Positions 39,066 through 50,049 are shown, numbered from the stretch's first letter. The stretch is 58,792 nt of DNA from Candidatus Onthousia faecavium (GCA_018711135.1 DVIS01000022.1:1-58792); one strand, 5' to 3'. Made by a program: numbers and translations. The notes: generated by a model not told the origin, from the letters alone.

Positions 39066-40340
39066 CTATGGTCGTAAAGCAGTTATAGGAACAATATATA
39101 TACCTGTTTCTTTATCTTTTACAACAGATGTAAAATTACCTGTTATTATACACATAAATTTAGGTTTTGTTATCATATTATCATAAAATCTTAATAATTC
39201 TTTTTTAGCAGTATCTATAGCATTATATCCCAATTTTATTTCTATCGCTGCATAATCACCATTAGAAAACTCTAAAATCGAATCAACCTCTAAACCTGTT
39301 ACATTGTCTCTAAAGTGATATAAATGTCCACCTAAGTATTCTATATATATCCTTAAATCTCTTTCTACTAATGATTCAAAAAGAAACCCAAATGTTTTTA
39401 AATCTTTAAGTAATTTATCATCATTAAGATTTAAAGAAGCACAAACTAAAGACGGATCTGTTAAATGTCTTTTAGGTGATTTTCCAATTCTTTCTTTAGA
39501 GCGATAATTTTCGCTATAAGCCTCTTGATTCTCTATTATATGTAATCTATCTAATACATCTAAATAGTCTCTTAATGTTATTCTACTTTCAATTAACTCT
39601 TCTCTATTCTCATAATCCTCTATATCTTTTATAAGTGTTTCATTACTAACAACAGTAGATTCATTTCTTGATAATGATTTAAGTAACATTCTCATTTTAT
39701 TTTTATCTCTTTTTTTATCATCATTCATATCTTTATCAAGAATAGATTCTATATAACTTTTAGGTATTAACCCCACTTTATCAGAATCTACTTTTATATT
39801 ACTAGGCCATCCACCTCTAACTATTAAATTAGCAAGTTCTTTTAAAGAAGGTATTTTTACATTAACATTTTTCTGTTTATCTTCCAACATTGCTGTTAAT
39901 GAAGCCTCACCCGTAGAATCTCCAGATTCATAAAGTGACATCGTATACATTTTTATTTTTCCAATTCTTCCAGCTCCCGAATGAAATACCTCTTTCTTCG
40001 CTTCATCATTTAATTCAGTAGAACATGTTAATATATATTTACCTTTGTTAGAATCCTCATCACATTTTCTTCTAACTTTATCCCAAATCTTTGGTACTAA
40101 ATGCCATTCATCAATTAATTCTGGTTGTTCTTCATTTAATACTAGTTCTAAATCAAGCAATGCTTTTTCTTTAGTTTCTTCATCATCAAGATAAACTGCA
40201 CTTTTAGCATGATGTGAAGATGTCCATGTTTTTCCACACCATTTAGGTCCTTCAACAGATAAAGCGCCAAAAACTTTTAAATAGTCATCTAATTTTTTGT
40301 CTATTAATCTTGGCATATATTCGTCTTTATTAAAATTCAT
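39066..40340 (-). CDS. AAA_14/DUF4143 ATPase (subclass B)
   Basis: EGPKWCGKTW, DEWH, HSGAGRI, RGGWP and EVDSI...AAIEIKLG. Confidence 0.88.
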   Translation of the reverse strand: MNFNKDEYMPRLIDKKLDDYLKVFGALSVEGPKWCGKTWTSSHHAKSAVYLDDEETKEKALLDLELVLNEEQPELIDEWHLVPKIWDKVRRKCDEDSNKGKYILTCSTELNDEAKKEVFHSGAGRIGKIKMYTMSLYESGDSTGEASLTAMLEDKQKNVNVKIPSLKELANLIVRGGWPSNIKVDSDKVGLIPKSYIESILDKDMNDDKKRDKNKMRMLLKSLSRNESTVVSNETLIKDIEDYENREELIESRITLRDYLDVLDRLHIIENQEAYSENYRSKERIGKSPKRHLTDPSLVCASLNLNDDKLLKDLKTFGFLFESLVERDLRIYIEYLGGHLYHFRDNVTGLEVDSILEFSNGDYAAIEIKLGYNAIDTAKKELLRFYDNMITKPKFMCIITGNFTSVVKDKETGIYIVPITALRP

Positions 40341-40360
40341 AAGGGTCTCACCTCATTAAC

Positions 40361-40448
40361 AGGATAACATAATTTTATAGATTAATCAAGAATTGATATA
40401 CATTTTTTAATGTTTTTGATATACAAATTTTAAGACATTTGATATACA
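40361..40448 (-). promoter_or_regulatory. promoter with three TTGATATACA repeats at 23-bp period
   Basis: Perfect 10-mers at 40393, 40416 and 40439; minus strand TTGATT-17-TATCCT with a TG extended -10. Confidence 0.6.
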
Positions 40449-40452
40449 ATTT

Positions 40453-41310
40453 TTAAAAATTAGTTATAACGTAATAAACACCAAAACCAACCGCTAAAAT
40501 CAAGATAACAGAAAAAATAAATTTTAAAAAGGTTATTAATTTTGAAGGTTTAGACACAAACTCTTCATCTTCATCTAATTCAAAATCATCTTCACTAAGA
40601 TCTAAGCTTCTTGTATAGAATGATTTATCAATATCTGCTCCAATATTTTTACTAGTATTATTAACAATATCTTTTAATTTATTAGTATCTTCTTCTATTT
40701 TAGCACTCTCTATCTTTGTTGTAATCGGTTTAACCACATCATGAACATTAGTAGCCATTAAATCACTTAATAAGCTTCCTTCATTATCTGTAGCACTATC
40801 TATCTGTTCTCTTAATTCTTTAGAGGTAATAGTATTAATTAACTCTTCTAACTCTTTCTCATTTTCAATAGGTTTATGTTTTAATCTCGTCTCTTCTTTA
40901 AATTTCTCTAAATCTTCTTCACTACTCTCTAATATATTATATTTCTCATTATGTAACTTTCTCTTACTTTCTAAGCTATCCCTTTCTCTTAACTCTTTCG
41001 CTTCTTCCAAGATCTTATTTATATCATGAGTTTTTCTCTCTTCGTTACCATATATATAATTAAATTCATCTAACTCTTTTCTAACTAATGGTTTAGGTAC
41101 TGGAATATCATAGTCTTTTATTTGATGATACCCTTCTCTTGTCCGATAGTTTTTTCGAGCTGCTTCTAATTCAACTGCTTCTATTCTTGAAACATCAGTA
41201 AGGGTGGTCATTTTTTCTAGGTTACCAAGATTATTATATAGTTCTTGATTCCTTGAGGTTCTACTGCCAACTTTTGTTGAAGATTCATTATATCTTTCCA
41301 TCCGCCCCAT
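40453..41310 (-). CDS. hypothetical protein with a C-terminal TM anchor
   Basis: Charged coiled coil, acidic patch, terminal TM helix. Confidence 0.7.
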   Translation of the reverse strand: MGRMERYNESSTKVGSRTSRNQELYNNLGNLEKMTTLTDVSRIEAVELEAARKNYRTREGYHQIKDYDIPVPKPLVRKELDEFNYIYGNEERKTHDINKILEEAKELRERDSLESKRKLHNEKYNILESSEEDLEKFKEETRLKHKPIENEKELEELINTITSKELREQIDSATDNEGSLLSDLMATNVHDVVKPITTKIESAKIEEDTNKLKDIVNNTSKNIGADIDKSFYTRSLDLSEDDFELDEDEEFVSKPSKLITFLKFIFSVILILAVGFGVYYVITNF

Positions 41311-41397
41311 TTTATCACCTACTTTACTATAAATAATCATAACATACTATTAGAAAAAATTAAAGTAGGCAAAATGTTAAAAATACGTTATAATTAG

Positions 41398-41604
<207 letters not shown>

Positions 41605-41660
41605 AAATATAGTTTATATCGATTAGTATTTAGGAAACTTTAGAAGCCCTAAGTCAAAAT

Positions 41661-41692
41661 AAGCTCTACTGCGTAATTCGCATAGAGCTTTT
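41661..41692. terminator. bidirectional terminator
   Basis: AAGCTCTA..GCG-TAATT-CGC..TAGAGCTTTT between convergent genes. Confidence 0.65.
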
Positions 41693-41696
41693 TATA

Positions 41697-42413
41697 TTAT
41701 TTCTTTTCTAGACTATAAACAATCGCTACCTCTTTAGGTGTTAATTTTCTATATTCACCACTTTTTAATCCCGATAAATCAAAAATAAATTCTCTTTCTC
41801 TTTTTAATTTTAAAACTGGAAAACCAACCGCTTCAAACATCTTCTTAACTTGATGATTACGTCCTTCATGAATAGTAACAGTTAAAAATGAGGTATTACT
41901 TTTAAAATCTGTTCTTCTTAGTTTAACTTTTGCTTTTTCAGTTTTAACACCATCTATAACAACCCCATTTTTAAGTTCATTAATACTATCACCTTTAATA
42001 ATACCTCGAACTTTAACAACATAAACTTTTTCTACTTTATCATTAGGATGCATAAGAATATTAGCAAAATCCCCATCATTAGTAAGTAAAAGTACCCCTG
42101 TCGTATCATAATCAAGTCTTCCCACAGGATATATTCTTTCTCTACAAGGTATTAAATCAACTACTGTCTTTCTACTCTTTTCATCATTAACACTTGTAAT
42201 AACCCCTCTTGGTTTATTAAGAAGGTAATAGACTTTATTTTCTTTACTTAATTCCTTATCATCAACTTTTATCTTATCTTTACTACTAACTTTTACACCT
42301 AACTCTCTAACTATTATATTATTTACTTTAACACGTCCTTCTTTGATTAATTCTTCTGCTTTTCGTCTAGAACAAATACCACTATTAGCAATAACTTTTT
42401 GTAATCGTTCCAT
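41697..42413 (-). CDS. rluB: RluB/RsuA family rRNA pseudouridine synthase
   Basis: S4 domain (RLQKVIA..SRRKAE), GRLDYDTTG and EGRNHQVK. Confidence 0.9.
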   Translation of the reverse strand: MERLQKVIANSGICSRRKAEELIKEGRVKVNNIIVRELGVKVSSKDKIKVDDKELSKENKVYYLLNKPRGVITSVNDEKSRKTVVDLIPCRERIYPVGRLDYDTTGVLLLTNDGDFANILMHPNDKVEKVYVVKVRGIIKGDSINELKNGVVIDGVKTEKAKVKLRRTDFKSNTSFLTVTIHEGRNHQVKKMFEAVGFPVLKLKREREFIFDLSGLKSGEYRKLTPKEVAIVYSLEKK

Positions 42414-42452
42414 TATTACACCTCTTTCTTATTATTCATTTAATCTATTATT

Positions 42453-43145
42453 CTACTTTAACTCTTCTAGTCTTTCATCAATGCATTCAAAAAATTTATA
42501 AACTGTAGTGCAACTTTCAGAATCTGATGGTTTATCATTAATATGAGTAAAATGGATTTTTTTTGCATATTTTTTTGCTTCATTTAACGAACCATATTTA
42601 CAAAGCTTAGAAAATATACTTTCATCATTTTTTCTATATTCATACTTAAACCCAGCTTTTTTAAAATACTCATTTATTTTATTTTCATAAGCTTTTCTAT
42701 CCATTTTATTATCTATATAATTAAAATGTAACAAAAACCAAAATTCAATCGCTTGATTTGACCACAGAGCTATATATCCTCTTTTTTCACAAATTGAAAT
42801 TGCCTTATCAAAAGCTTCATTACGAAAACTATCTTTATCAAAAACAATAAATATTTTTTCATATGGTATTGTAGCGGTCTTATACAGATCAACATCACTT
42901 AATAATTTATCAAGTGAATTCACTAAAGATACAGTATTCATTCCCATTCCAACAATTTCAACTTTTAATTTATACTTATAATCTATTTCTTCATTTATAA
43001 CATCAACTGCTTCTTTAAAATAATTTGGTTCTGTTTTTTTCCCTTCACATACAATCAACCATTTACTAGACTTTTGTCTTTTTATATTTTCTTTTCTCTT
43101 TTTTCTTTCTTCTTGCCGCCTCTTAAATAAATTATCACTCCCCAT
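42453..43145 (-). CDS. RloB-family protein (AbiLii-like)
   Basis: LIVCEG.KTEPNYF, VFDKD and SNQAIEFWFLLHF. Confidence 0.88.
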   Translation of the reverse strand: MGSDNLFKRRQEERKKRKENIKRQKSSKWLIVCEGKKTEPNYFKEAVDVINEEIDYKYKLKVEIVGMGMNTVSLVNSLDKLLSDVDLYKTATIPYEKIFIVFDKDSFRNEAFDKAISICEKRGYIALWSNQAIEFWFLLHFNYIDNKMDRKAYENKINEYFKKAGFKYEYRKNDESIFSKLCKYGSLNEAKKYAKKIHFTHINDKPSDSESCTTVYKFFECIDERLEELK

Positions 43146-43152
43146 AACTCAC

Positions 43153-44346
43153 CTACTCATCTTCATAAGGAATTGCCCCAAACTTTCCTGTTAAATATCT
43201 TTTTTCATAATCAGCATCTACTCTTAAATTTCTAAACTCTGATAAAGAATATAATTTTGATTTACCATAAGTATCTTTTTCTATTAAATAAAGTTCATCT
43301 CTTCTTAAGTTTTCACTATTAAATAAGAAGGTTGAATGAGCTGTATAAATTAATTGTGCTTTATTTTTATTTATATTCTTATCTTTATACATATTAACAA
43401 TTTTTTTAAATAATAATGGATGAAATTTAACATCTAATTCATCAATGCACAATAGTCCTCCTACCTCTAAATTATATAGAATTATTGGCATAATATTAAA
43501 TATTTTAATTGTTCCATCTGATTCATATTGTAAAGGCAATAACATATGACTGTTATCATCAATATTTTGATGTATTCCACTAATCTTATAAGATGTACCA
43601 TCACTATTTTTATCAATCTTAATTCCTAATAAACACGGATCAAATTCTCTAATTATATTTTGGAATTTTTCGTATAATAAATTGTTCTTATATAAAATAT
43701 TAAGACTACTTTGTGGTTCAAAAACACTTTCTACTCTAAAATTAAATTTATTAATATAATCATAAATATCTCTTAAAATTCCTTTTTCTTCTTTTATAGC
43801 AACATTACTTAAAATCAACAATTTCTTTGTACTTGAATTAGCATTATTACTGAATAGATTCCAAATTTTTTTATATTCATCATAAGATGAACCAAAATTA
43901 ATATGATCTTTAACTCGTTCAAAGACTATTTTCTGAACTGTTTTCGTTGTCGAAGAGAATTTCTTTTTATATAACCACTCTTCATCAAAACCATCTTTAT
44001 TCATTGAAAAACCATATCTATATTCATAGTCATCTAAACAAATGGATACCTCAAATTCACTATTCTCGTTTTTTTTATTATTAAAAGCAAAAGTAAACGT
44101 AGGTAAATCGTTATTAATATCTATTTTATTAGACATCTTTATAATTTCAAACATAAAATGTAACGCCTCAAGGACACTACTTTTACCTGATGCATTCGCT
44201 CCATGAATTTCTATAACTGGTAAAATTTTATTACCATTAACATCTATAGTAGACTCAAGATGACGTTTTTCTTGTGTTGCTACTAAATCAAGAATTGTCT
44301 CATCATAGAAACATTTATAATTTTTAAATTTAAATTGTAACAACAT
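43153..44346 (-). CDS. AAA_21 ATPase (RloA/AbiLi-like)
   Basis: GANASGKS, ESDGT, IDELD..HP, QLIYTAH, LRRDE and YL.GKFGAIP. Confidence 0.88.
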   Translation of the reverse strand: MLLQFKFKNYKCFYDETILDLVATQEKRHLESTIDVNGNKILPVIEIHGANASGKSSVLEALHFMFEIIKMSNKIDINNDLPTFTFAFNNKKNENSEFEVSICLDDYEYRYGFSMNKDGFDEEWLYKKKFSSTTKTVQKIVFERVKDHINFGSSYDEYKKIWNLFSNNANSSTKKLLILSNVAIKEEKGILRDIYDYINKFNFRVESVFEPQSSLNILYKNNLLYEKFQNIIREFDPCLLGIKIDKNSDGTSYKISGIHQNIDDNSHMLLPLQYESDGTIKIFNIMPIILYNLEVGGLLCIDELDVKFHPLLFKKIVNMYKDKNINKNKAQLIYTAHSTFLFNSENLRRDELYLIEKDTYGKSKLYSLSEFRNLRVDADYEKRYLTGKFGAIPYEDE

Positions 44347-44503
44347 ACTAACACCTCTTTACGCATATATTAACATCTAATTGATACTTTTGCAATATTT
44401 TAAGAGAAAAAATCTCTTACTTTATAATATTATATTGTATTTTATCAAAAAATATACAAAAAAAACAGAACTATTACTAAGTCATAATAATCCTGTTCCT
44501 TAA

Positions 44504-45136
44504 TTATTCTTGTACCATTTCTACTAAAGCTAATTTATTATCTTCATGAACAAATGTAAGTATAGCAGCTGTTTGATAACCTAAATCTTTTTTATAAGTC
44601 CAAGATAAACTAACTTGATAAGCATTATCATCCGTAACATCTGTACCTATTGTATAACTAACTGTTTCTATATTATCAACATTAACAGAATCAACTACAG
44701 GTAACTCTTGATCTCTATTATCATAGATATCACTTTCTACATACTTATAAACTGTATCTTCTGCTTTTTCTAAGAAATTAGTCTTAGCACTACTATATAC
44801 AAAATCAATTCCCCCTACATCAGTATTAGCAAGTTTATCGCTTAAGTTAAAGAAATCATAAACAAACATTTTACTAATCTGTTCAAGATACGCTTCTTCA
44901 TCGACCTCATCACTATTTAAAATGTTTTGTAAATCCTGAAACATATCTTTATAAGTATCATTTCTTGTCGATTTCAACGTATAACCATACTTTTCTATTT
45001 GATTAACCACAGTTGCCGTCTTCGCAGCCTTTTTAGGAGCAAAGCTATCATAAGCAATAAAGAAAAGTCCCGCTCCTATTAATAAAATCGCTACTACTAA
45101 CACTATTTTTACACTTTTTTTAAGTTTCATGCTCAC
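44504..45136 (-). CDS. hypothetical membrane-anchored extracytoplasmic protein
   Basis: N-terminal TM helix and acidic soluble domain. Confidence 0.7.
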   Translation of the reverse strand: MSMKLKKSVKIVLVVAILLIGAGLFFIAYDSFAPKKAAKTATVVNQIEKYGYTLKSTRNDTYKDMFQDLQNILNSDEVDEEAYLEQISKMFVYDFFNLSDKLANTDVGGIDFVYSSAKTNFLEKAEDTVYKYVESDIYDNRDQELPVVDSVNVDNIETVSYTIGTDVTDDNAYQVSLSWTYKKDLGYQTAAILTFVHEDNKLALVEMVQE

Positions 45137-45145
45137 AAATCCCTT

Positions 45146-47206
45146 CTAATTATTCTTACTTACCGCTTCTTCCTCGCTATTTGGATTAAATAAATCAAAG
45201 ACAATCGCCTTATTAGACACATCTAATAATTTTTCTGCATATTCATTATTTAAAAGAATATAGTCATCACTAATAACCTCATCTTTTAAAAGCTTATATT
45301 GTCCTTTCTGACTATTATAATACATTAGATTAGTAACCCAATTACCATTAGGAAAAACAACAATATTATCATCTTTAATTTCAAAAATATCATGTCCTAA
45401 AGCATATTTATTATAAAAGCCTAACATATTTCCTATTGTTGGCATTACATCATACATTCCCATTGTATAATCAACTGTCCCTGTAACCACTTGATCTTTA
45501 GTCCAAATAAGTAAAGGCACTTTCCGATCTAATTCATAATCAAAACTATCATATTCTTCATAAGTAGGATCATCTTTACTCTTAACCTCATTAGTAACTG
45601 GATCATAATTATTCATTAAGATATAATCACTCTTAGGAAGTCTTGCATCATGATCGCCATATAGTATTACCACTGTATTATCAAGTAATCCCTCTTCATC
45701 CATCATGTTAAAGAACTCACCAAGCGCTTCATCTGCATAATGCACAGATTTAAAGTAATTACCAAGTTTTGTTCCTTCCAAGTATGGTGCTTCTATTTCA
45801 CTAGTCGTTCCATCAGGATTTGTCACTGTCGTTTTCATTGTCACACTGAAATCTCCATATTTATCAACATCAGAGAATGGTGTATGATTAGTTAATGTTA
45901 TTAAAAGTCCATAGTATTTATCATGTTCTTCACTAATCTTTTTAATTTTCTCTACTGACTGTTTAAAGAACTCTTTATCAGAAAGACCAAGTCCAATAAT
46001 ATTTTCATCATCAACCTCATAAGTCTCTTTACTATAAAAGTCATCATAACCTAAAGATTTATGCATTGTTCTTCGATTCCAGAAATCTGCATTATTAGCA
46101 TGCATACTGAAAGTATAATAGCCTTTTTCTTTCATTAGTTTAGGTGTAGATATATAAGTTCTATCAAAATAACTTACAAAGGCCGTTCCACTTTGGGTTG
46201 GCATTAGACTAGTATTATAAGTTAATTCTGTATCACTACTAGTTCCAACACTAACTTGCGAATAGAAATTAGAGAAAAATAATCCTTCTTTAATCATTTT
46301 ATTTAAATTAGGAGTAACCTCTACCCCATTAAAGGTTTTATTAAGTGTTAAAGCTTGTAAACTTTCGGCATGAATAACAATAACATTTCTACCTTCAAAA
46401 ATATTTGTATATTCATTAGTATAATCTTGTTCATCACTTCGGTCTTGATAATATTCTGTAAATTCCTTTTTCGCTTCATCATAGCCAAACATCGCTGAAA
46501 TGGTAGGTGTTAAACTTGCTACAAGATCATTACCTTGATATAAATAAATACCAAATCTCATAACAATATATTCTCTATTCCACTGTTTAACAAAACGGCT
46601 AATTTCAAGACTTGATAATGACAAACAAAATGCTACTAAAATAGCTACTCCAAATACTAAGGTATGACGGAATTTCTTTCCTCTAACCTCTTTAGGATAA
46701 TTTTTATATAATCCCCTTTTTTTCAGTCTATAGTAGTAGTAAATAAAGAAAATATATGGGATTAAGTAAAATAAATCTTTTAATTGTAACACATTTTGAA
46801 CAACGGCATCTCCAACCTCACCAATATACTGTGTTAATGATAACATCGAAACACTAGCAAAAGAAGTATAGAAAGTATAATAAACAGAGTTAATCACACA
46901 TATTGTTGTAAAAATAGTAGCCCAAACTAAAAGATATATATATCTTTTTCTATTTTTAAACAGATAAGAAAACGATCCAATTATCACTACAATCGCTGTA
47001 TCAGCAAGAATTGTTTTAATTGATAAATAATTTTCAACCGTTGGCATTGTAAAAAATCTAAGCAATGTTGAATTAACAACACAAACTAAAACAAAAAGAA
47101 GAAATAATCTATTATTTTTGAAATAATTAGATATCATTTTTTCTTTTTTTATTCTTTTTACAAAATTAACAAATTTATCTTTAAGTTTAACAATTGTTTT
47201 TTTCAT
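45146..47206 (-). CDS. ltaS: LTA synthase family protein (sulfatase fold)
   Basis: About five TM helices, NVIVIHAESLQ, GTSSDTE, FWNR, TNHTPF and YGDH. Confidence 0.88.
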   Translation of the reverse strand: MKKTIVKLKDKFVNFVKRIKKEKMISNYFKNNRLFLLFVLVCVVNSTLLRFFTMPTVENYLSIKTILADTAIVVIIGSFSYLFKNRKRYIYLLVWATIFTTICVINSVYYTFYTSFASVSMLSLTQYIGEVGDAVVQNVLQLKDLFYLIPYIFFIYYYYRLKKRGLYKNYPKEVRGKKFRHTLVFGVAILVAFCLSLSSLEISRFVKQWNREYIVMRFGIYLYQGNDLVASLTPTISAMFGYDEAKKEFTEYYQDRSDEQDYTNEYTNIFEGRNVIVIHAESLQALTLNKTFNGVEVTPNLNKMIKEGLFFSNFYSQVSVGTSSDTELTYNTSLMPTQSGTAFVSYFDRTYISTPKLMKEKGYYTFSMHANNADFWNRRTMHKSLGYDDFYSKETYEVDDENIIGLGLSDKEFFKQSVEKIKKISEEHDKYYGLLITLTNHTPFSDVDKYGDFSVTMKTTVTNPDGTTSEIEAPYLEGTKLGNYFKSVHYADEALGEFFNMMDEEGLLDNTVVILYGDHDARLPKSDYILMNNYDPVTNEVKSKDDPTYEEYDSFDYELDRKVPLLIWTKDQVVTGTVDYTMGMYDVMPTIGNMLGFYNKYALGHDIFEIKDDNIVVFPNGNWVTNLMYYNSQKGQYKLLKDEVISDDYILLNNEYAEKLLDVSNKAIVFDLFNPNSEEEAVSKNN

Positions 47207-47240
47207 AACTACCTCGCTTCCTAAACATTATAGCACTCTC

Positions 47241-47819
47241 TTATTTATTTTTCAATTTTTCCCTTTTAACATAACAAAAATGAAATATAACTTTGTAAAG
47301 TACTAAAAGAAGAAAGACTGTTTGGCTAAAAAAGACAATCACAAACATCTCATCATGTCGATAAATAGAAGCTTGATTAACGAGACTAATGTTATTAGTT
47401 ATGGCCATACTAACAAATAATGTATATAAGAACAAATGGAGCAAAGTAAAAGTATAAGTAATTATTTTATTTAACTTACTAGTATTCTCTTTAAACATTG
47501 TATAAATAAGGATAACTAAACTGATTAAAGCTACTAAGTTATAGAAAATAATATTAGGAAAATAAAAAGCTCTAAAGAATGGTTTAATCGTCTCACTAAA
47601 GACTGTCATCATATCATCAAAATAATAGAAGACTAAAAGGAAGAAGAAAAAGATTAAAAGTCCTGCTAAAGCATATTTAACTTTCTTATTTTTTCTTTTC
47701 AAATTATAGATTAGAAATATATAAAGAATAACAAAAATTAATAAAAGTTCAATTGAAAGAAAAGATTGAAAGGGCATTTGTATAAATGTCACTATTCTTT
47801 CAAATAAATTTAAATCCAT
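47241..47819 (-). CDS. hypothetical integral membrane protein
   Basis: About five hydrophobic segments. Confidence 0.7.
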   Translation of the reverse strand: MDLNLFERIVTFIQMPFQSFLSIELLLIFVILYIFLIYNLKRKNKKVKYALAGLLIFFFFLLVFYYFDDMMTVFSETIKPFFRAFYFPNIIFYNLVALISLVILIYTMFKENTSKLNKIITYTFTLLHLFLYTLFVSMAITNNISLVNQASIYRHDEMFVIVFFSQTVFLLLVLYKVIFHFCYVKREKLKNK

Positions 47820-47839
47820 AATTTTCCTCCTTTTTATTC

Positions 47840-48496
47840 TTAAACCTCTTCAAATATATAAATTGATTGATTATAGTCATCATCATGTGTACAAGTAATT
47901 AAGGTTAATGTTTTAATATTAGGATTTCTAAATATAGCCACTTTCCCTGTCTTAGGTTGTGTATAAACTTTAGCTAATTTATAAGTATAGGTTTCTGCTT
48001 CATAACTAACTGTCGCTATCGCTCCTATTTCTAAACGATATAATTTATCAAAGAATGATATATAAGCATTACCTGAATGAGCCATCAAAATAAAGTTTCC
48101 TTTCTCTACATCAGGATAATCTGCTTCTTGTGCAATCGTTATATTATAATTAATATTATTGTATCTAGAATCTTTAGATACGAATCCTCTTTGTAATCTA
48201 ATATCTGGTATACTTAATTCACCAATATATGAATAACTTGGTCTAGAACTAGAAGAATTAGGTTCTTCTTCAATAATTTCTGGTGTTGTAACAACTAGAT
48301 TTTCGGTATCAACATCACTAATAGTTTGATCTTCACTATTTATATCAAGTCTAAATATCGCTAACCGCATCTCTTCAAAGACTTGATCTTTTATTTTGGC
48401 AAGAGGAATACTAAAGAATACTATTCCTCCTATTATAAGTAGGAAAAGACCAACTTTAAAGAGCTGGCCTTTTATTTTTTTATCTTTCTTTTGCAT
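47840..48496 (-). CDS. sortase
   Basis: IGEL.IP.I, GNFILMAHSG and LTLITC. Confidence 0.92.
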   Translation of the reverse strand: MQKKDKKIKGQLFKVGLFLLIIGGIVFFSIPLAKIKDQVFEEMRLAIFRLDINSEDQTISDVDTENLVVTTPEIIEEEPNSSSSRPSYSYIGELSIPDIRLQRGFVSKDSRYNNINYNITIAQEADYPDVEKGNFILMAHSGNAYISFFDKLYRLEIGAIATVSYEAETYTYKLAKVYTQPKTGKVAIFRNPNIKTLTLITCTHDDDYNQSIYIFEEV

Positions 48497-50000
48497 TCTT
48501 TGGTTTCAAAGCCACAACTATTAGTACAATACCGGCAATTACAATTAATGTTCCTATTCCATATATAATACCAGCATCAAGGCCTGTATTAGGAACATCT
48601 ATTTCTGGTGTATTAAGAAGAACTACTGGAGTTGTACCTCCACTAACAACATCAAAGTTAATTGTTGTAACCTCTGCTTGATATCCTTCTGGTATAACAG
48701 TCTCTGTTACAACATAACTACCAACTGGAAGAGTTAAATCAATATCTTCTCCTGTTGTCTCATAACGATATACCTCTTTACCAGTTTTATCAGTTATTGA
48801 TAAAACAGCTCCTTTTATTCCTGCTCCTGTAACAGAATCTTGTTTACTAATAACAACTTTACCTGTAGGTATTTCATATTGAATATTTGTCTCTACTGAT
48901 GTAGTATCACTAACAATTTGCCCAAGTAATGCTCTTTGATATTCACTTGGTTCTTTGCTATCAACATAGAAATAAGCATTATGAACAGAGAAACTACCTA
49001 CAACACTAATATCAAGATTAATTTTAAAATTGACAACCTCAGTCATAGGTATTCTTAACTTAAATCTTTCGTTTGGACTAAAGGTTGTTTGTTCTATACC
49101 ACTTTCATTTAATACTGTTATATTATTGGTATTAGTCTTAACTGTATAACTAATAAAATTAGCACTAGCATTACTTGTAATAGAAATTGGAGACGTTTCA
49201 ATATATTCATCTGTCATTGTATAAGTAATTGTACTTGTATCTACGTTATCTAAAGATGGAGTCATTGTACCAGGATTATATGCCATAGCATTTGTAAGAA
49301 CCTCTGCAATATATGAACTATATCTATCATCATTCATGATAGCAGTTTTTTCTGCTACAGTAAGATTATTTTCATATTGATGACCAGGTCCATCATAATA
49401 GACATCTTCACCAACATCAGTTGGTCCAGATGAATAGCCATTGACAATATCAATATACCACCAAACAATTAATTGATTTATATAATACGTTAAAGTTTCT
49501 TCTTCACCAAGCTGTGTATTTAAAATATTTTCAGGTAACGTATCATGTTCAATAATATAGATTAAACCAGGATACTTTCTTGTTAAAGTTTCGTCAATGA
49601 CAGATTTATCTTTATTATATGTTTTTCCACCAGCCATCCATAACTTTCTATCCATACAGTAAATATTACTAATTTTAGATCCATCAGTTGGTATACCAGA
49701 AAATCTTCTAGGTGTCATAACAATAGTATCTTCATACCTAATATAGCTAGCCATTTCAGTTAGATTTGTTACAGATTCCGGCTCCATTACTGATGTAAAG
49801 CTTGCTGGTAACTCTTCTACTACCGCTGCATAACTTTCATTAGGATCAATGAAAAGACTAACAACAAGCATTATTCCCACTAAACAACAAGATAATATCC
49901 CAATTTTCTTAATATCATCCATCGCTTTATCAAATTTATCAGGTTTCTTTCTTCTATCATCTTTTTTTATCTGTCTTTTCGTACTAAGTCTAGCACCCAT
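48480..50000 (-). CDS. sortase-anchored adhesin with thioester (TED) and SpaA/CnaB domains
   Basis: IYCMD..NQLIVWWY, ISKQD..GA, Y.VTE...PEGY, then VPNTG, TM and basic tail. Confidence 0.78.
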   Translation of the reverse strand: MGARLSTKRQIKKDDRRKKPDKFDKAMDDIKKIGILSCCLVGIMLVVSLFIDPNESYAAVVEELPASFTSVMEPESVTNLTEMASYIRYEDTIVMTPRRFSGIPTDGSKISNIYCMDRKLWMAGGKTYNKDKSVIDETLTRKYPGLIYIIEHDTLPENILNTQLGEEETLTYYINQLIVWWYIDIVNGYSSGPTDVGEDVYYDGPGHQYENNLTVAEKTAIMNDDRYSSYIAEVLTNAMAYNPGTMTPSLDNVDTSTITYTMTDEYIETSPISITSNASANFISYTVKTNTNNITVLNESGIEQTTFSPNERFKLRIPMTEVVNFKINLDISVVGSFSVHNAYFYVDSKEPSEYQRALLGQIVSDTTSVETNIQYEIPTGKVVISKQDSVTGAGIKGAVLSITDKTGKEVYRYETTGEDIDLTLPVGSYVVTETVIPEGYQAEVTTINFDVVSGGTTPVVLLNTPEIDVPNTGLDAGIIYGIGTLIVIAGIVLIVVALKPKNAKER

Positions 50001-50049
50001 ATATAATCACCTTACCTTATTAAGAGTATAACAAATAGGTTATCTTTTT

